A stretch of 64,000 nt of DNA from Utricularia gibba (Eukaryota > Plantae > Magnoliophyta): the NCBI GenBank assembly GCA_002189035.1, contig NEEC01000021.1, positions 1,364,001 through 1,428,000 of the forward strand. The letters run 5' to 3'. Below the pieces are notes generated by a model. The model saw only the letters and a list, made by a program, of their open reading frames with translations. It was not told the DNA's origin and searched no databases. A program made the translations under genes and the position numbers. This document shows positions 62,151 through 64,000 of this stretch, in pieces. Position 1 is the first letter of the stretch. Each line of letters begins with the position of its first letter.

Positions 62151-64000
62151 ATGATGCAGATGCTGGGAGGAGCCCGAATCGGTATTCCGGCGGTGCTGTG
62201 CATCCTCTTGCTGCTGCCGACGGGGCGGAGCAGCCCGCCGGAGAATCCCGTCAGCTGCGCCGGACCAGGAAACTCTACCTGCACCGTTACTAATGGGTAC
62301 GGCGCCTTCCCCGACAGAAGCGTATGCCGCGCCGGGGTGGTGGCGTACCCCACTTCCGAAAGCGACGTCGTGTCCATCGTGTCCAATGCCAGCATGTCCG
62401 GCCGGAAGATGAGGGTGGTGACTCGATACTCCCACAGCATCCCGAAGCTGGTGTGCACCGACGGCGATGACGGTGTGGTGATAAGCACCAGGTATCTTAA
62501 CCGGATCCTGGAGATCGACGGCGTCGCGATGACGGCCACCGTGGAGAGCGGCGTGACGCTGAAGGAGCTCATCCAGGGGGCCGCTGCGGTGGGGCTGGCG
62601 CTGCCGTATGCTCCCTACTGGCTGGGGTTGACGGTGGGTGGATGTTGGGCACCGGAGCGCACGGCAGCTCGCTGTGGGGCGTCGGGAGTCAGGTTCTCCT
62701 CAGCTCCCCTCCTTTCTCACGTTGCACGTCTCTATGAAGCTTTAACCTCCTCCCGTCAGGTTCACGATTACGTCACCCGACTGCGGATAGTGTCGCCGGC
62801 CGGAGCCGCCGACGGATTCGCGAAAGTTCGAGAACTGCAGAATGGGGATCCTGATCTTGATGCGGCCAAGGTTTCTTTAGGAGTGCTTGGAGTCATCTCA
62901 CAGGTAAGCATGGGAAGAAGACTTTGGGTCATTTACAAAATTTTTATCACTTACTCAAATAAAAATTGTTAATTGAACATAGTCAATTTTTCATACATTT
63001 CATCAAAGTTGACCAGATATTTAATATACCCTTAGATTTTCTGTTTTTTAATTATAGCTTTAATAAAAAAATATTAATAACATTATTTAAAGATAGGAAT
63101 AATTTTATTATTTAATTATTTAATCATGATAATAATACAAACTCATAAACTTATGGTATGAAAATATATTTTTTAAAAAACATTTTCCCTCTAATTTTTC
63201 GGTTTTGGCAATGAAAATTATTTGGTTTTTCCATAATATTCTACTTATTTCTGATTAAATAATGATTTTCTTTTAATTTTGAATTATAATTTTCATAAAA
63301 AATTAGTTAATAATTTCCAAAGTCAGCATGTTTGAGCCACAGTATCCAAACTCGGGAGTCTTCTTCATGCAGGTGACTTTGCAGTTGCAGCCCATATTCA
63401 ACCGGCAGGTGACTTACATCACGAAAGATGACTCCGACTTGGCAGAACAAGTCCTCAGCTTCGGCAGGCAGCACGAGTTCGCCGACATCGGATGGTTTCC
63501 CAGCCAAAAAACCGCCCTCTATCGGGTGGATGATCGAGCTCCGGCGGACGCATTCGCCCGTGGGAGGTACGACTTTCTGGGGTTTCGCTCCGTGCCATCG
63601 GCTGTTGTTCTCTCTCAGAGGGCCCTCGGTGAGCAGGAGAACGAGTATCAGTAATGACCACTGTGAAGGTTCTGATTTTGAGTATGGTTTTGTCAGAGGA
63701 GACGCAGGAGCTGTTTGGAGACGCGGCAGGGAAATGCGCGAGCGCCAAGCTTGGAGCAGCAACACTGCGGACTCTTGCCTATGGACTCACAAACGATGGT
63801 AGATTGAGCATAAATGTTGAATACCCTGTGAAATCGAACCAGTAATGTTGTTGACTGCTTTGATCTAGGAATTATCTTCAAGAAATACCCTGTGGTCGGC
63901 CGGCAAGACCATATCCAATCTTCGGGAACCTGCCTCGACAGCTCGGAAGACGGCCTGACCAACGTCTGCTCATGGGATCCCAGAATCAACGGCTTATTCT
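62151..64000 (+). CDS. GULLO: L-gulonolactone oxidase-like, copy 2 (3' end beyond the window) with an apparent -1 frameshift at about 62640
   Basis: Same motifs and exon structure as copy 1; short intron at 62693-62759; later exons resume [27 protein letters not shown] and [13 protein letters not shown]. Confidence 0.9.

Larger units (their letters stand above)
57211..64000 (+). repeat. Tandem segmental duplication (unit about 3.7-3.9 kb) containing the two GulLO genes and their upstream flanks
   Basis: Flank 57211-57350 matches 60944-61095 (tttcgtttaaaaaacaa, aagttgcaaaacatgcattaagga, tcgtgcccgcaa, cattggtctcata); 57640-57800 matches about 61410-61570; the CDSs are near-identical with an offset of 3878 bp. 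Confidence 0.92.

Noticed and set aside
1-64000. Window as a biosynthetic or secretory gene cluster (subtilase, ATG27-like, TIP3, BGAL10, GC6, NAGLU, GulLO)
   Set aside because: There is no scaffold-forming enzyme or shared pathway. Secretory genes are common, so co-location is unremarkable without co-expression data.
1-64000. tRNA, rRNA and conserved miRNA genes
   Set aside because: By eye I found no cloverleaf or T-loop in a tRNA context, no rDNA, and no match to the conserved mature miRNAs I recall; a formal tRNAscan/Rfam run was not possible.

Overview
This is eudicot plant nuclear DNA: gene-dense, with mostly 65-120 bp GT-AG introns and very AT-rich spacers. It is not prokaryotic, and I found no rRNA, tRNA or CRISPR array. 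I reconstructed 14 protein-coding loci by hand: a Tify-domain-binding protein (-), an intronless subtilase (-), a domesticated hAT-transposase-derived gene (+), an ODORANT1/MYB42/85-type R2R3-MYB (+), a 17-exon ATG27/M6P-receptor-like membrane protein (+; missed by the ORF track), FOLT1 (+), a MORC ATPase (-), an ADP-ribosyltransferase-fold-like protein (-), a TIP3 aquaporin (-), a GH35 beta-galactosidase (+), the GC6/USO1 golgin (+), a GH89 alpha-N-acetylglucosaminidase (+), a small conserved ORF (+), and two tandem L-gulonolactone oxidase-like genes (+; the second runs off the window). The most notable observations are: FOLT1 and MORC stop codons only 11 bp apart, which forces antisense overlap; a TIP3 whose ar/R His is replaced by Ser; a probably gained GulLO intron flanked by a 9-bp direct repeat; a frameshift at the same codon in both GulLO copies; a CAG/TAG tandem acceptor that can insert a stop in GC6; and an unexplained GC-rich structured island at about 7.2 kb. 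Five single-base deletions in or next to G/C runs suggest long-read consensus errors rather than true pseudogenes. I cannot support a clear-cut novel multi-gene system. Family assignments are from recalled motifs, not database searches.
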